From assembly GCA_026023565.1 (NCBI GenBank), contig JAPETS010000017.1, positions 1-64,000 on the forward strand: 64,000 bases of DNA, read 5' to 3'. This DNA is from Cirrosporium novae-zelandiae (lineage: Eukaryota). Both the position numbers and the translations under genes were made by a program. Below the pieces are notes generated by a model. That model was not told the DNA's origin. It did not search any database and saw only the letters and a program-made list of their open reading frames with translations. This document shows positions 24,425-37,405 of this stretch, piece after piece (position 1 is the stretch's first letter; the number at the start of each line of letters is the position of its first letter).

Positions 24425-24767
24425 CCCCTCGACGCCCCAAAATATTATACAAACTGTGTGATTATACGCAGTTTGTCTGGACAATGCTTTGAATAAGAAG
24501 CGGAAGCTGGAAGGACCTCAGGCCCCAATCACGGGCCGACTCTCGAATAGGGCTTAGAACTAACCTAAAGTGCTGCAGGCGGGTCTACGGTGAGGCCAAG
24601 CAAGCGTGCAAGCGTACAAGCAAAGCCCAAAGTTGCGGCTTACCGAGGTATCAACAACAACAATCGAGTCATGAATGCGACTCCAACACGAGGACACATC
24701 AGCTTGACCTTTTCTCGTTCTCGTTGTTTTTCACTTACCACCTAAGGAAATCTTCACCATATTTACA

Positions 24768-25631
24768 ATGTCGGTTTCCAGAATGTCCGAACAATCCTCG
24801 TTGCTTGGCAGCGATGCTACAACACACCAGCAGCTGGACCTTTTTGATGTTCTTGGACTTGAGGATACTGTCGCGCAATTTTCACTGCAAGAACAACAAA
24901 TATTGAGTTTATATGATCGATTAAAGGCCTTACAGCTGGAGATGAAGCTGCTAGAGGCACAAAGGAAGGCAGCTACAGGTATGAAAGAGGATGAAACAAC
25001 TTATTTGTATAAATACCAACAGGACCAGATCCCACCATGTCTCGGGCAGACCTTGACCTTGACCTAGATGTCGCGGAACGTGAAGCACTTGAAGCCAAAG
25101 CGAAGTATTCACTAAGATCTAGAATTGTCGAAAACGTCATTTCAGTAGAATCCTACCTCAATACTATTAACAGTTCTACGGATATTACACCTGCTGAACA
25201 GTAGCTATCCTTTCCACCTAGCCCGTCCACCAGCGACTAATCCCTCTAGAACTCTGAAACAATATCTTCGGCGCCGAGATTTCCTTTCGATGGCCCACGC
25301 AAATATATCCTCAACCCTATCCTCTACCTCGGAGTCTTTAGCTAGTGCGCAAGTGGAAAATATGGTGTTAACGAAAGAAAATCAAGATCTCGTAAAGGAA
25401 TTGCTGACGTTGACTGGTGAGCTCAAGGAGCAAGGGAAAATGGATATTAACGATGGAAGGTTGAAATCGCAGCTAGAAGGTCTAGAAGAAGAAAACATTA
25501 CACTCAGACAAAAATGGATAATGATGAAGAGTATAGTTGCATCGGTTATTGCTGGTAGTGGGGTTGAATGGGCTTCTGATGCCGAGTTGCGCAAATTGGT
25601 TATTGATTTGGATGAAGAAGATCTGGGGTGA
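24768..25631 (+). CDS. Kinetochore protein CENP-H family (Mcm16/Fta3-like), 3 exons
   Basis: Introns at about 24980-25022 and 25201-25249 join a coiled-coil protein ending IVASVIAGSGVEWASDAELRKLV, typical of the CENP-H C-terminus. Confidence 0.85.
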
Positions 25632-26105
25632 GAAAGAAGTCAAACAAAGCATAATAATTAATAAGATCAAAGGCTAGCCCGGTAGAGTATGAAGGGAGCA
25701 TGGCTATCCTTCTTTGGTGTTTAAAGCTACCGATTGATTAAACAGCAGTTGTTTGGTAGGGTAGGTATGAAGCAGCGCGTACCTTAAAGGTGGAATGAAT
25801 GTACGAATGTATGGTATGAATGGAACCAAAGGTGACTAGCAGAACTAGTTATCAGCTGCAGGCACTTTAGTGAAGAGATCAACTGGGAATAAGGAGAATG
25901 TGGAAAATGAAAGGTACGGATGTTTTATCCAGTATCCAGGACCTTCTATGTTTAGGGATCCATAACCGCGTAAAAAGCCAACAAGACGGCCATCCATTAA
26001 GAAAAGCGGACCACATGACGTAGAACTCACGTGATCTGAGCGGTTGGTGTTTGGTGGAAGGAAAAGCAGCGAGTTTTTGTTACCATCTGGGCTTGATGAA
26101 CAGGT

Positions 26106-26275
26106 CCAGTGAAGGAAGCCAGTGAAGCCAGTGAAGCCAGTAAAGCCAGTAAAGCCAGCAGAAAGTCAGTGACTCCAGTGACTCCAGTCAACAGCCAGAC
26201 AAAATCGATACACTGATACCATCGATACCATCGATACCGCTGATACTGCCGATACAGCTGGTACAGCTGATACCA
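26106..26275. repeat. Two degenerate 9-mer minisatellite arrays (GCCAGTGAA-like; GATACCATC-like)
   Basis: GAAGCCAGT/AAAGCCAGT/GACTCCAGT units are followed by GATACCATC/GATACCGCT/GATACAGCT units. Confidence 0.75.
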
Positions 26276-27178
26276 GAGTAATACATGGTCCAACAATTCA
26301 ACAAATCCCAGTTCCCGAAACTCTTTTGTAATGATTATTGTTCATTTTAGCAACACACCACACACCTAACTATTGGGAAAACTTGACAGCTGCCACTCAA
26401 CTACCTGTACCATGTTCGGTATTAACTTCTTTGCTTACTTGTCTCGCCTTTATAAAATATTTGAATGGTCTACTGTGGTTCTACTGCCCCCATCAAATAA
26501 TTAAATTGATTAGACTTATCCATACCCAATGAGATGGCATCCCTCAAGCCCCCTCTCCCCCCATGGTTGTCTGGTTCATTACTTGTAGGAATATCTGTAT
26601 TGTTGTATTGCTAGCAGTCTTCCTGTCCTATGTGGTACAGCGGTTTCCATGCCGTTGCTATTATTGTTGTTGTTGTTGTTGCTGTTGTAATTGTCTTGCT
26701 GGGGGAGTGCTGGAAGTGCTGGGACACACACAGGACACCCATAGGACAACACCAAGGCTGGCTTCCTTTTCCCTTCTTAGTGATTCTTAGAGGATTAAAA
26801 GACCAGCAGTATTCAGACTGCAGCTCGTTCTTTGACGGGTTAAGGAATGTCACTGTAGATTGGCATGCTTCATTGCTTCATTGCTTTTAGATTGCTGCAC
26901 CAGACTTGCGAACTAAGAGAGGTGAGGGGGTGGGTTTTTTCTTAGCAAGGCGGGTGCCGCTTAGTACGGCTTGGTCGAAGCGTTTCCCATACAAAAGTCG
27001 TCTCCCTCTCTCCCCCAAAAGCTGCCCACAGCCAAAACTCGCTGTACTTTCATACTGCTGTTTTCCTCTACAGCTACTTTCGCCCAACCTCACTCACCCA
27101 CTCACTCACTCACTCCCAAATACCTCTGTGAGAAATCTCCTCCAACTCTCCTTCTCTCTATCTCTCTCTCTCCAATAT

Positions 27179-27754
27179 GTAAGTCTTATCCTAGCCCTAA
27201 TTTCATTCCATTCCAAATTATATTTATTCAATTCCTACCAATTCCCTCAAATTCACCAACAACAATAACAATAATATCCATGATGATGATTCAGATCAAC
27301 TTTCTATTCTTCTATTCATTTTCTATGCTGTTCCTCAACCTCTACCATCGTCAATCAACATCATCTTTTTCTTCCTCTTCATCGTTGTCACAATCATCAC
27401 CGTCACTTCCCAACATAATATAGCTTGATCATACTGACCTAAGATTTCAATTGCAGCCTCATATTACCTGTCGCAGATTCATTTCTGCTAAAAAAATCTT
27501 CTGCTCGTAAGTCGCAAACACCTGTGATTTAATTATTTTGACCCAAAAAATTTCATCTCATCTTCATCCATGTTGTGGGTGGTTGATCGCGTTTCCGCAT
27601 CGGGCGCGTTCTTTCGCCATCCGCTCTCACCACTTCATTCACACTCCACAACTACTTCATTAATAGTACTTCTTCCATTTCTTTTTCGCATGACCTGTCA
27701 CAATGTTATCGTCAATCTAGACATGACATGAACTAATTCATTTCAATTCAACAG
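27179..27754 (+). other. Two putative 5'-UTR introns of NHP6 (27179-27456, 27507-27754)
   Basis: GTAAGT donors, CTGAC/CTAAT branch points and TTGCAG/CAACAG acceptors lie upstream of the ATG at 27775. Confidence 0.6.
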
Positions 27755-27774
27755 AATCCTACTCTTTCATCAAA

Positions 27775-28249
27775 ATGCCTAAGGAAAAGACCACCACCCG
27801 AAAGACTCGCGCTTCCCGCACCGAGAAGAAGAAGAAGGGTAAGCTTGATTCGATCCAGTCTGTGCCCACGCCTGATTCTAATGTACTTATCAGATCCAAA
27901 TGCGCCGAAACGTGGCCTTTCTGCATACATGTTCTTCGCCAATGAGCAGCGCGAAACTGTAAGAGAGGAAAACCCAGGTATCAGCTTCGGTATGTATCCT
28001 TGGCCTCCCCTCACCTTTTCTCCTACTAACCATGATGTTTCAATAGGTCAGGTTGGCAAAATGCTTGGTGAGCGATGGAAGGCTCTCAACGAGAAGCAGC
28101 GTGGCCCTTATGAAGCCAAGGCTGCTGCCGACAAAAAACGCTACGAAGAAGAGAAGGCCAACTACAATGTGAGTGACTTCGGAGGGCTCTAATGTCCATA
28201 TAGTGACCGATTTTTGCAGGCTGGTGATGATGAGGAAGGCTCTGAGTAG
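27775..28249 (+). CDS. NHP6: HMG-box non-histone chromosomal protein Nhp6, 4 coding exons
   Basis: [10 protein letters not shown]...[50 protein letters not shown]...[11 protein letters not shown]. Confidence 0.97.
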
Positions 28250-29792
28250 TCTTAATTCTACATCAGGCTTTTGCTATTTAGCACCAGCCTCGATCCTCGG
28301 AGCTTTTCCTATTATCTATGGACTCCAAAGGTTGATGCGATGGGACTACGATGGGCATTCTATTTCTTATGGCGCTATTTATGTTAAGGGGATACATGGC
28401 TTTGTGCTCGCTCCGAGGAAGGAGAAAGGTTCATGATGTTTTTTCCTATTTATGAAAGTGGCAGGAACGGATGAAGACCACGGCAATAGGTCGGGACTAT
28501 CAAACCCTAGGTAGCTTCACTGTCGACTGTGTCAAGTTGCGACAGAGCTCTTTAACAAACATCTCTGTATACTAGCCAAAAACAACTTGTTCTGATCTAC
28601 ATGTCTCTTGGAGCATCAGTAAATATTTGACTATGATGAGCAGAATAGAGCTAACGATATAGACACAATTTACAAATTTATGGACTAAGTAAGCTGCAAG
28701 CATAATTAACAAGCTTCTTGCGTTAAGTGCATCCATACGATGTGGTGCGGCCTAATTGATACCCCTCCACCCTCCACCCTCCACTATCTTTTATTATCTT
28801 GAGTGTTAAATCTCGCAGGGTAATTTTAGCCTTAGGCATCACCTTCTACGCGCCCTCGCAGTCGCCACGTGCCCCATGTAAAGGGCTGTGTAATAAGGCT
28901 GATGGATGGGCAACACCATTGGGTTCTCCATTCTCTCATCAGAAAATAAATAGCTACAATGTCTCAAACTTCGGGAGGTTTATGTATATAAAGCCAGTAT
29001 AATCAACTTGTCTTGACTCTTCCAGAAGACATCGAGGTCTCACAACTTCAGCATCGTTGACTGTGAGAAATGTATCGGATGCATCGAGTCTGAGTGTCGA
29101 GTCTCAAGTCTAAGTCTCATTACTTGGTGTAACAAAGAATATTGAGAAAAGACTACGTCAAAGGTCACACTCTCCTCGCCATGCCTTATGAAAGATCCGA
29201 GCAAGCATAATCCTTCAAAATATCAGGTTGCCATGTCGCCTACCTACCTTTCCAGCCTTCAAGGTTACCCCTAGATATGTGGTATTTACGGTATGGTACA
29301 GCTGATGGCACTGCATGAGCGAGTTCACCATGTCTCTCTAATCATCATCATCATCAACACAACAGGCTTATTCGGGCTTCTAACCGCGACAGTAAAAGAA
29401 TTTGTGCTGTAGCCTGATCAAGGGTGATACGGTATCTTCTTCTAAATTTTTGAAACCTGGACTCCCGACAGAAATTCTTTCCCAGCCGAGAATATACCCG
29501 GGTTTTGAATGGAGGGATGGATATATGCATGGTAATCGGCTAACTACAACTAACGTTCTAGGAGTAGAGTTTTATTGGCTTCAATTGATAACCGCAGAAG
29601 TATCGATTGACACGTCAACGTCCAAAGAGCCTCAACCAAGGAAAAAGATCATCCCGATTTTACAGCTTCTAGTTCTTCTCTTTCGGAGGTTGTACCACTT
29701 GGCCCGACAATATCAAGATTATGTCCCGCGTTCATCGCAGTCCTTGTGTTTCGCTGAGCAAAAGTTTCTTTCCTGTCTGATCTCATGGGACC

Positions 29793-31616
29793 ATGTCTCA
29801 GTCTCGCTTTCTTGCCGAAGCAGAGAATGCTCAGGATTGCGGCTCCGGATTTGGTGTATTTTTGAGCAGACTTCCAGACCAAGCCGCGGAGCTCACAGCC
29901 TTGATAGCCGAATTTTTTGCTATTAGTTCAGCCCTTCGCAAACTTGACGATCTCATCCAAAGGTCCAGAATCGGCCAGTCACGCATCCAAGAAGATATCC
30001 GCCTTGTCATACCGAGCCTTTCCTACACCTTAAAGGACGTTACTGACTACTTTGCTGATCTGAACGCCGGTGCAAGTTTCATCACAGTTGGAAGATATAG
30101 GCAGATATGGCAGGAGATATCAAAGTCGGTCAGGGAGGAGAGCGACAATACGTTGTGCCAGAGACTCAGGAAATACCGGGTATTCATTGATGAATTATGT
30201 TTCGTTGTGAGAGGGTTGTCACCATCCGCGTGCTGTTGGGTTGAAAAAGGCATTGATAATTATATAGGGAACCTGTCAACCAACGTTTTCTTATCGATAC
30301 TCGAGCCACAATCCGAGCCTGGCTGAATAGACAAGAGTATCACCAGCCTATTGAGCCGTTGGCTCTGGATACTCGCCCTCCACGTAACTACTACCCACCC
30401 TACTTGGATCCTACATGCTACATTGCTTATGTTTCAACTTAGCAGCCGATGCGGTACGCAGACAGCAGTCTTACGAACGCCAACGTCCGCAACCACAACC
30501 GCTTCCCCGGTCCCCACAGTCCCCTTACTCTCCTCATTCTCCCCCACCAATCAATTTAAACTTCAATTATGTCCCTCCCTTTGTACCAGATGCTCCCGGT
30601 TCGCCGACATTCAGCAATACCTCAGACAATTGGTCTTCAAGCAGCATATCTGGAAATTCTGATCATTGGGTTACAACGATTTTCAGGGACAACCGATCCA
30701 GCACTCCGCTTCCCCGAGAAGCCCTAACCTCAGCTTGCTACGATAATTATGCTCCCGGTGTGGTCGCCCGCCTCAATGAGGAAGGATGGGTTCATATTCT
30801 CCAAATGTAGGGATACCAGTTCGAGCCAGGATCAGGCATTTGGATTAAGAAAATTGCTTACAATAGTAATGATAGCTCCTTTGCAGGCGGAGGTCTCGAT
30901 ATGCGCTTGTATTACAACTACTCCGATCGCAGAACTCGCATTGTTTGCCGTATGACACGACCATCTGGTCAAAGGGTATTCTATTACCGAACGGCATCCT
31001 CGTTAACTTTACATCGTGGCGGTGGTTCGATGTTGCAGCTTTGCCTACGCAGTGACAGAAGCTTATGGGCCAATCTAGTGTTTTCTACTTACGAATGTGA
31101 GAAATGCCATTTCGTTCTTGTTGCCTTTCTCATCCATCAAAACCAATTTTTGAGGCAGACACTAATATCTTCAAACCAGTGATGGTGCTTTTCCATTGCA
31201 CTTTTCTAGGCCTCTGCGGTGAAGATCGGCATTGTTTCATCGACCCAAAACACTGCGAACTCAAAGGCGAAGAAGAATTATACGGAGGCCAGATATCCGA
31301 CAACGGTTTTCGTCATGCTCTCCGAATCTTCCGTGACGGTGACAGTCAGGGTATCCGACTCGAAGCCTCAATCCTTGAAAAGGATCTTCTACGTGTTCCT
31401 GTTTGGACAGCTTTCATTACCAATTTAGTACCTTCAAAAACCTGGCTACGAAAAGTCACATCAAAAGTTGTCCGATTGCAGGAATTAAAAGTTCATGTCT
31501 TCAGTGAAGAGTATGAAGCAAGAAGCGTGAATGGAGCGACAGAGTTGTCATTTGTTTCAAGCAATGATGCAAAATCTTTCGTCAATATTATGGACGACCT
31601 AAGCAGAAGGCCATGA
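29793..31616 (+). CDS. Conserved fungal hypothetical protein, 5 exons
   Basis: Four GT-AG introns join the ORFs at 29793, 30415, 30901 and 31104 in frame. It has an N-terminal helical domain (AELTALIAEFFAISSALRKLD), a Pro/Ser-rich linker and a C-terminal domain (MVLFHCTFL...EEELYGG...HALRIFRD...PVWTAF). Confidence 0.8.
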
Positions 31617-31999
31617 GTGCATGACTGTTCCTAGTAAGTAAACGCATATTGATTTACTGTTTGTGGCTATTGTAAGGGCCAGGTTTCTGGATAGTTGTTT
31701 AGCCGCTGTTGGCCTTTTGGAAAAGTTGCCAAGTGAATTTGGCTGAAGTGAGTTTCGATTCACTGAACCAAGGGAAATTTTTTACATGATTGATGAAGTT
31801 ATATGATAAGATGAGTTACGATCTTTTACGAATAATGGGATATCTGACCTGTTTTTTATTTTCTGACATCTACACTTGATCCCTCTCGGGGTATGATAAA
31901 GTTGAAGCTTTCGGTTTGTACGTATAGTTTCAAGCAAACAAAGAGAGTACATTATATGAGATCAATATGCAAGCACACAATGTTTGAGGACGTCTACAG

Positions 32000-34900
32000 T
32001 CTATGTCATTCACTTAATCCCCTCACTTATCCTATTCACTAAGTTTTTGAGCTAGCTCGCCTATTATAAATATCTTGCCCATTATCCTCTGAAACTTGGA
32101 TTTTTCATCCTCACCTATACTCGCTTCTCCAAACTTCTCCCTATACGAGTTCTGTTTCTTATTTGTAATTCTCTGAGTTTCAACCTTGCTTCCCTTGTGC
32201 ATCCTTTATTATATTTCAAACATTTAATATCTATTCCTACAACAGCCCTCCCGGGCACCCTTGGAATTATAATTTTAGGTTTTTGCGCTTGTAATATAAC
32301 CGACAAAGAGGCCGCCCTAGGTTAGACGATCCATTAAATCCTCGTGCTTTAGCTTATATTTGCTTCTTCTCTGCGGTGCATATGGCACCGAAAAGTCCCT
32401 GTGAGCATACACCCTTGCCAAAAGTTATAGATACCCAATCGCTTGCCGACTTCCTTTATGCTACCACGTTACCACCCTATTCTTGTGCAGAGTTCTCAAG
32501 TCAATCTACTACAGTAACCCTTTCTCAGTCAGCCTTGGGCTAGACGAAACGATAAAAAGATGTGAACAAATATTTGGAAGGGAATTTGTCGATGCCGAAG
32601 TGGGCGAACGGTCCGAAGAGTATGAAAACGCGTCAGTAAACCTGATAACGAAGGTGACGAAAGGAAAGGAGGAGAACCTTAAGCCATCTATGACTTGTCT
32701 AGTCAACTTAAGTTCAGTTAGGCACCTCCAGGAATGGCGAATCCATTTGTGGATCATTCCACGAGAACGATCTTAAGAGATGGGTCCGACGTGATGGTTA
32801 CATTTCAGAGGATCTGCCAATCGAAGATGGAGATCGATGATATTTCTTTCCAAATGTTCGCGAAAATGGATACTAGATAAGTGAAGTTCAAGCCATAATG
32901 GAAAGACGGATTTTGATTCTCCTGATAATAGCTTCTTGGCTATCCAAACCGCACTCTTTGACAAATTTACGAAAGCTTGGATATTGATTTATATGTTCTT
33001 CGCCATTTCGTCAGCTACTAATGCCTATCTATCCAACCTCTTTCTTCCAACGGGGTAGCCGAGTCTTCGTCAGCATCACACAACTCTTAAAATAGCTTTA
33101 AACCCTTGCTTTTGTTGCCAGTACTTTTAGATGGCTAGTTCGCGTTCTTTGAGCTAAAGTGGACAGAAAGACTACGAGCAAGTCTCAAGATTATAAGATG
33201 ATTCACGCAGCTATTTCCTTTGGACGTACGTACACTAGAGCAGATGCAAACCGATAGAAAGGGTTATCTCCATATTATATCTCTATATATCAAATCATGT
33301 TTATTTACTACTAAGGAATAAAGCAAAATATCAACAGTCTGTAACACAGGTCAAGGTCACGACAACAAATGGTCAACGATCAATCTGCGACAGCAAGAAG
33401 CATCAATATCGGAGAACCCATCCGGTACATCCTACCCTCAATCGTAAATCCATCCAAGGGAGCTCGATATTACTGCACAAGAATTTAGCTTCTTGCACCA
33501 GAGTATCGAGAACGATCTCAAGCTGATTGTCTAGCACCATTCTTAAGTGTTTGGTTTGTAACAATCCTTTCTCTTATCACCAGCAAGGCACAAGAGGGGC
33601 TACTCAGGTTATACTTTCCAAGCTTTAGCTCTTCTCAAGATTTGTCTAGTTTGAGAGATGAAGAATATACATTCTATCAAGCGGAAATAGTCTATATCCT
33701 TAGATTATCGTCTTAAGGGGGAGACATCAATTTTGGATGGATTAGTCGAGAAACATGCTTTATTGCGTCACTCAACAGATCATTCGTCGAAACCACCTCA
33801 CCTTTTACAAACCCTATATTCCATTTCTTCACTTCCATTGAAGAATCCCTAATCGAAGATCCCATCTTCCCCTTAGAGGAGCACTGGCTATGGTATATCA
33901 TCCAGGGCTAATCGATACTTCAAGAAGCAAATTTCGACGCAGGACCTGTTGGGGAAAGCTCGAGATAAATTTTACTTCATCGTGGCAAATTATATTTCTG
34001 ATTCTCTAACGTTCATTAGGAGTGCTGTCTGTCCAAGAAGGATTAAAATCCTTCAGTATTAATTATTTTCAATATTAATACTAAGTAAATTTAATTACTT
34101 TTCGCCTACGACTAAATCAATTTAATAGACCAGGATTGGGGCAAAAAGCCACATCGACCAATTATAAAGATGTGATCTAGCATTATCTGACATTCACCGA
34201 AGTCAGACAAAGCCAGAGACTACTAACAATGAAGAACTTCTGCTAGAGAGGTTCCTATCATCTTTGACTCGGAAATTCTTTCATCCTCAGAACGAAGATA
34301 CCCATCCTACAAGCAAGAGTTGTGCGCTATCGTCAAGTTCTCTTCCAAATATTGCACACTTCCTTTCTTCAGATAAAACAGCTATAATCCACACCGACTA
34401 TAAACCTATAGTCTCATTCATGGACTCTAAGTCTCTTAGTATATAGTTTTTTGTTCAATTCCTTAGCGCGCGTTAGTTCCAGATTTTCAATCCCACCCGC
34501 TAGGGCTATCTATCTACCGTTTATCCTCATTTTCTTCATCTCATCTCCTTCATCCCCTTCGTTCAAAATGTCAGAATTTCCTTCCCATACACCAAATAGA
34601 AGAGAATTTAGGTCGATAGACCTCCCCTTGTTTCCACCGACAGCTAGACGTTCTCCTTCATACATGAAATATACACACAGCCTAGTGCACAGGCTCCAAG
34701 TTTGCAACCTCAGACAAACCACGGCCTGGAGGTATTGTACTTCCTTTTTCCCTTTCTTTTCTTTCACTCATTTTTTAGATTCCCGCCGTCCTTGTCCCTG
34801 GTCTTAATCGCATACTCCTCGCCGCCGATGCTACCGCTGCCGCTCCAAACAACGCTGCTGGTGACGTTTTTCGTGCTAAACTCCTCGGTTCTGCTCGCCG

Positions 34901-36040
34901 TTTCCATCGCCGTCTTGAGCGCGCGCACCAACCAACTTCTTTCCGAAGTGAATCAGTTCATCCGCTAGCTCGGTCAAGTTCTTGCGGCTGTTGTAAGTAT
35001 ACCCAAACCTTGTAACCAGTTTGCAGCTAGTATTGCCAGTGGTGATTTATACCAAGCCCAAGCTTGTACGGGCCACGAAAAGGAGTTTTTTTTTGGATCA
35101 CTTCATTCATGTACGTGTACAAGTTTTCTGCAAACCGTGACCTCGTTAATCTTTATAGCCTTGGCCATATCCAACAATATCCAGAATATTATCATCATAC
35201 AGCCAGTTATTATTGGTACGTGATATGTTCCTTCGAGGAGGTTCCACGGGAGGGCTGGCAAAGCTCTCCCCTAGGATTGCCTACATTTGCGTGATGAAGA
35301 TATGTCGTTCCAAACTAGGAAGCATAAATCTACAGAAGACAATACTGTAGATATTTCCTTAAGTGTATTGAGGTAAAGTCACATACAGGCAACTAACTAC
35401 ATGGAGGCGGAAGAACAACAACTGAGTAATTCGGTCTCATCATATGGAAGGCGGGTACTGTACAATCATTCGCTGTTGATAAACCGATCGACACAATCCC
35501 ACTCTCATTCTTTGTTTGAGTATAGTTGGGGATATATGGCGTTTCTATCTGTAGCTCTTGCTACTTCTAGAGGCTACTAGTTTTCCACCACATGAAATGC
35601 TATATGAAATGCTACGACGAGGATTCTATAGCCCTATACCCCCCGGACCACTTGCTCGAACTCACCATCGACGATCTTAACGGCCATCTGCACTGGAAGC
35701 GATCTTGACGTCCCTAACGTTTATGCTGCCATGATAGCCGCTGGGAGGACGTTCAAGAGCGGCGTCCATAGCGACACCGTCCTTATTACATCGCGTTCGC
35801 CGTTCTTGAACAATACACCGTGTTGACTATCGCAAGTGGGAAATCTGGATAACCCAGGAGTAGGGCAAAGAGGAGCATATCTAGGCGGGGGCGCATTACT
35901 GTTAGGAATGTTTAGAACTCGTTAACGATAGAAAGATCTGTACCGAGGTTCGAGCTTTTGATAAGAGTCCTGAGGTATTGAAAAGCACCTGAGGAGATTT
36001 CGGAAAGTGTGTTGCGAAAGTCTTCTCAACAACCTAACCA
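32000..36040 (+). mobile_element. Degenerate Ty3/Gypsy LTR retrotransposon remnant (outer limits approximate)
   Basis: An RNase H remnant at 34248-34440 reads EVPIIFDSEILSSSERRYPSYKQELCAIVKF, then frameshifts into TAIIHTDYKPI. A PPT-like GGCGGGGGCGCATTAC precedes TGTTAGG (35900), with CCTAACCA at about 36040. Confidence 0.7.
34568..34992 (+). pseudogene. Decayed small intron-containing ORF inside the Gypsy remnant
   Basis: CAAAATG start and a GTATTG..TTTTTAG intron (34732-34778). The second exon is Ala-rich (IPAVLVPGLNRILLAADATAAAPNNAAG...). The frames no longer join. Confidence 0.35.
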
Positions 36041-37151
36041 GTGGGATCTCATACTAGGGAAGCAAGTGTTATTCATGATTCAAAATTTCAGAGTGATCGC
36101 CGCACACTTAGGCAGACACCTTTGGAGATTCTTATGGGCATACAGTACCTCCTAGTGTCTCTAATCTCTATATTCTCAACAGCTTCGAGATTGAAAAGGG
36201 GAAGAGGGGAGTGCCTCTGCCACGTTTACCTCCTCATCCATCCCACCACCAGCAATAGCACCGAGCTTTGGGCAATTACCCAACGACATATAAGTAGCAA
36301 ATTACCATTAACACCATTTCAACTCACTAAATTCTAAACTCTAAAAAAAATAAAAGGAGTTACAATTTTTTTTTTAAAATGCCAAAACTAAAAACTAAAA
36401 ACAGCGTTTTACAAATTACAATATCCTCATCCTCTATTTTATTCCCAATCTAATCTTAACTGACTTTCCTTCCTATTTCTAATTACCAACCCTACAAAAT
36501 CCCTTCTAATATCAAACCAGCTCCACTACAGTATATATATAATTACAAAATATTACCTAAATTTTTCAACGTATCGGACAATTTCATTTACGATTGAATT
36601 TGCATTTATTATCATATATCTATGTTTAATTTTCAACTTACGAATGATACCGTCGTTGGTGAAGAGAAATGTTGATAAAGACTTCAGATACCGTCAAGCC
36701 AATCCAAAGCACCTAACATATAGAAAGATCCCTCCCAAAACAAAACAAACCGGTCATCTTAATATCTCCTCGTGTCCACCCCCCGCATGTATGCGCACGT
36801 ATACAAAAAGTCTTTAGTCTACCCCCTAATTACAGATAAAGGGACTCGAGATGAACAATGTTCATGCTAGGGCAGGCATTGGGCTAACCTTTACCAACTT
36901 CATATATCTTACTTATTATCACCTTCGTCATTATGAATACGTCTGCTGGTTGTGTCGCTAGCGGTGCGCTCTTTATTCCTATTCGCTCTTCGGGTGCTGC
37001 GAGTGGCTCGGATGGGTAACCACCCGACAGCCCACGCCAGCTACCCGAAGCCAGCTATAGAATTGTGAAAACGACGGTTACACGTCGCGCTGAATGGTAC
37101 CAGCACTGCGTTCAAAATTATATCAAATATCCAGAAGGTAGCCTACTATAT

Positions 37152-37405
37152 TGTGAAAGAGTTATAGGTTTTGGGCGTTTATACAGGCAGTTGGGGATAG
37201 AAACTAGGGCTGAGGGAAGCTGCTCGAGGGGAACTAGAAATTGTATAAGGTCCTTTGGTGTTGGGGTTGCTTGCGTGCCTTAGGTTCTAGAAACCTAGGA
37301 AAGCTATATATAATTAAAGCTGGAGGTTCAGGACTACAGTAGCCCGAAAGGGATAGGGCTGAGCCCAAAAGCCTTAGGCTGCCAAAAATCGCCAACTCTT
37401 TCACA
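37152..37405. mobile_element. Solo LTR (254 bp)
   Basis: TG...CA ends with a perfect 12-bp inverted repeat (TGTGAAAGAGTT / AACTCTTTCACA), flanked by ATAT on both sides, and an internal TATATATAATTAAA. Confidence 0.8.

Noticed and set aside
26106..26275. CRISPR-like periodicity
   Set aside because: The context is eukaryotic and the 9-mers have no unique spacers.
26958..26985. Resemblance to the 5' end of a fungal SRP RNA (GGCTTGGTCGAAG)
   Set aside because: No SRP S-domain helices follow, and the downstream sequence is the pyrimidine-rich NHP6 promoter.
27460..27470. ATATTACCTG resembling the U1 snRNA 5' end
   Set aside because: It mismatches ATACTTACCTG, has no U1 stem-loops, and lies in a putative UTR exon.
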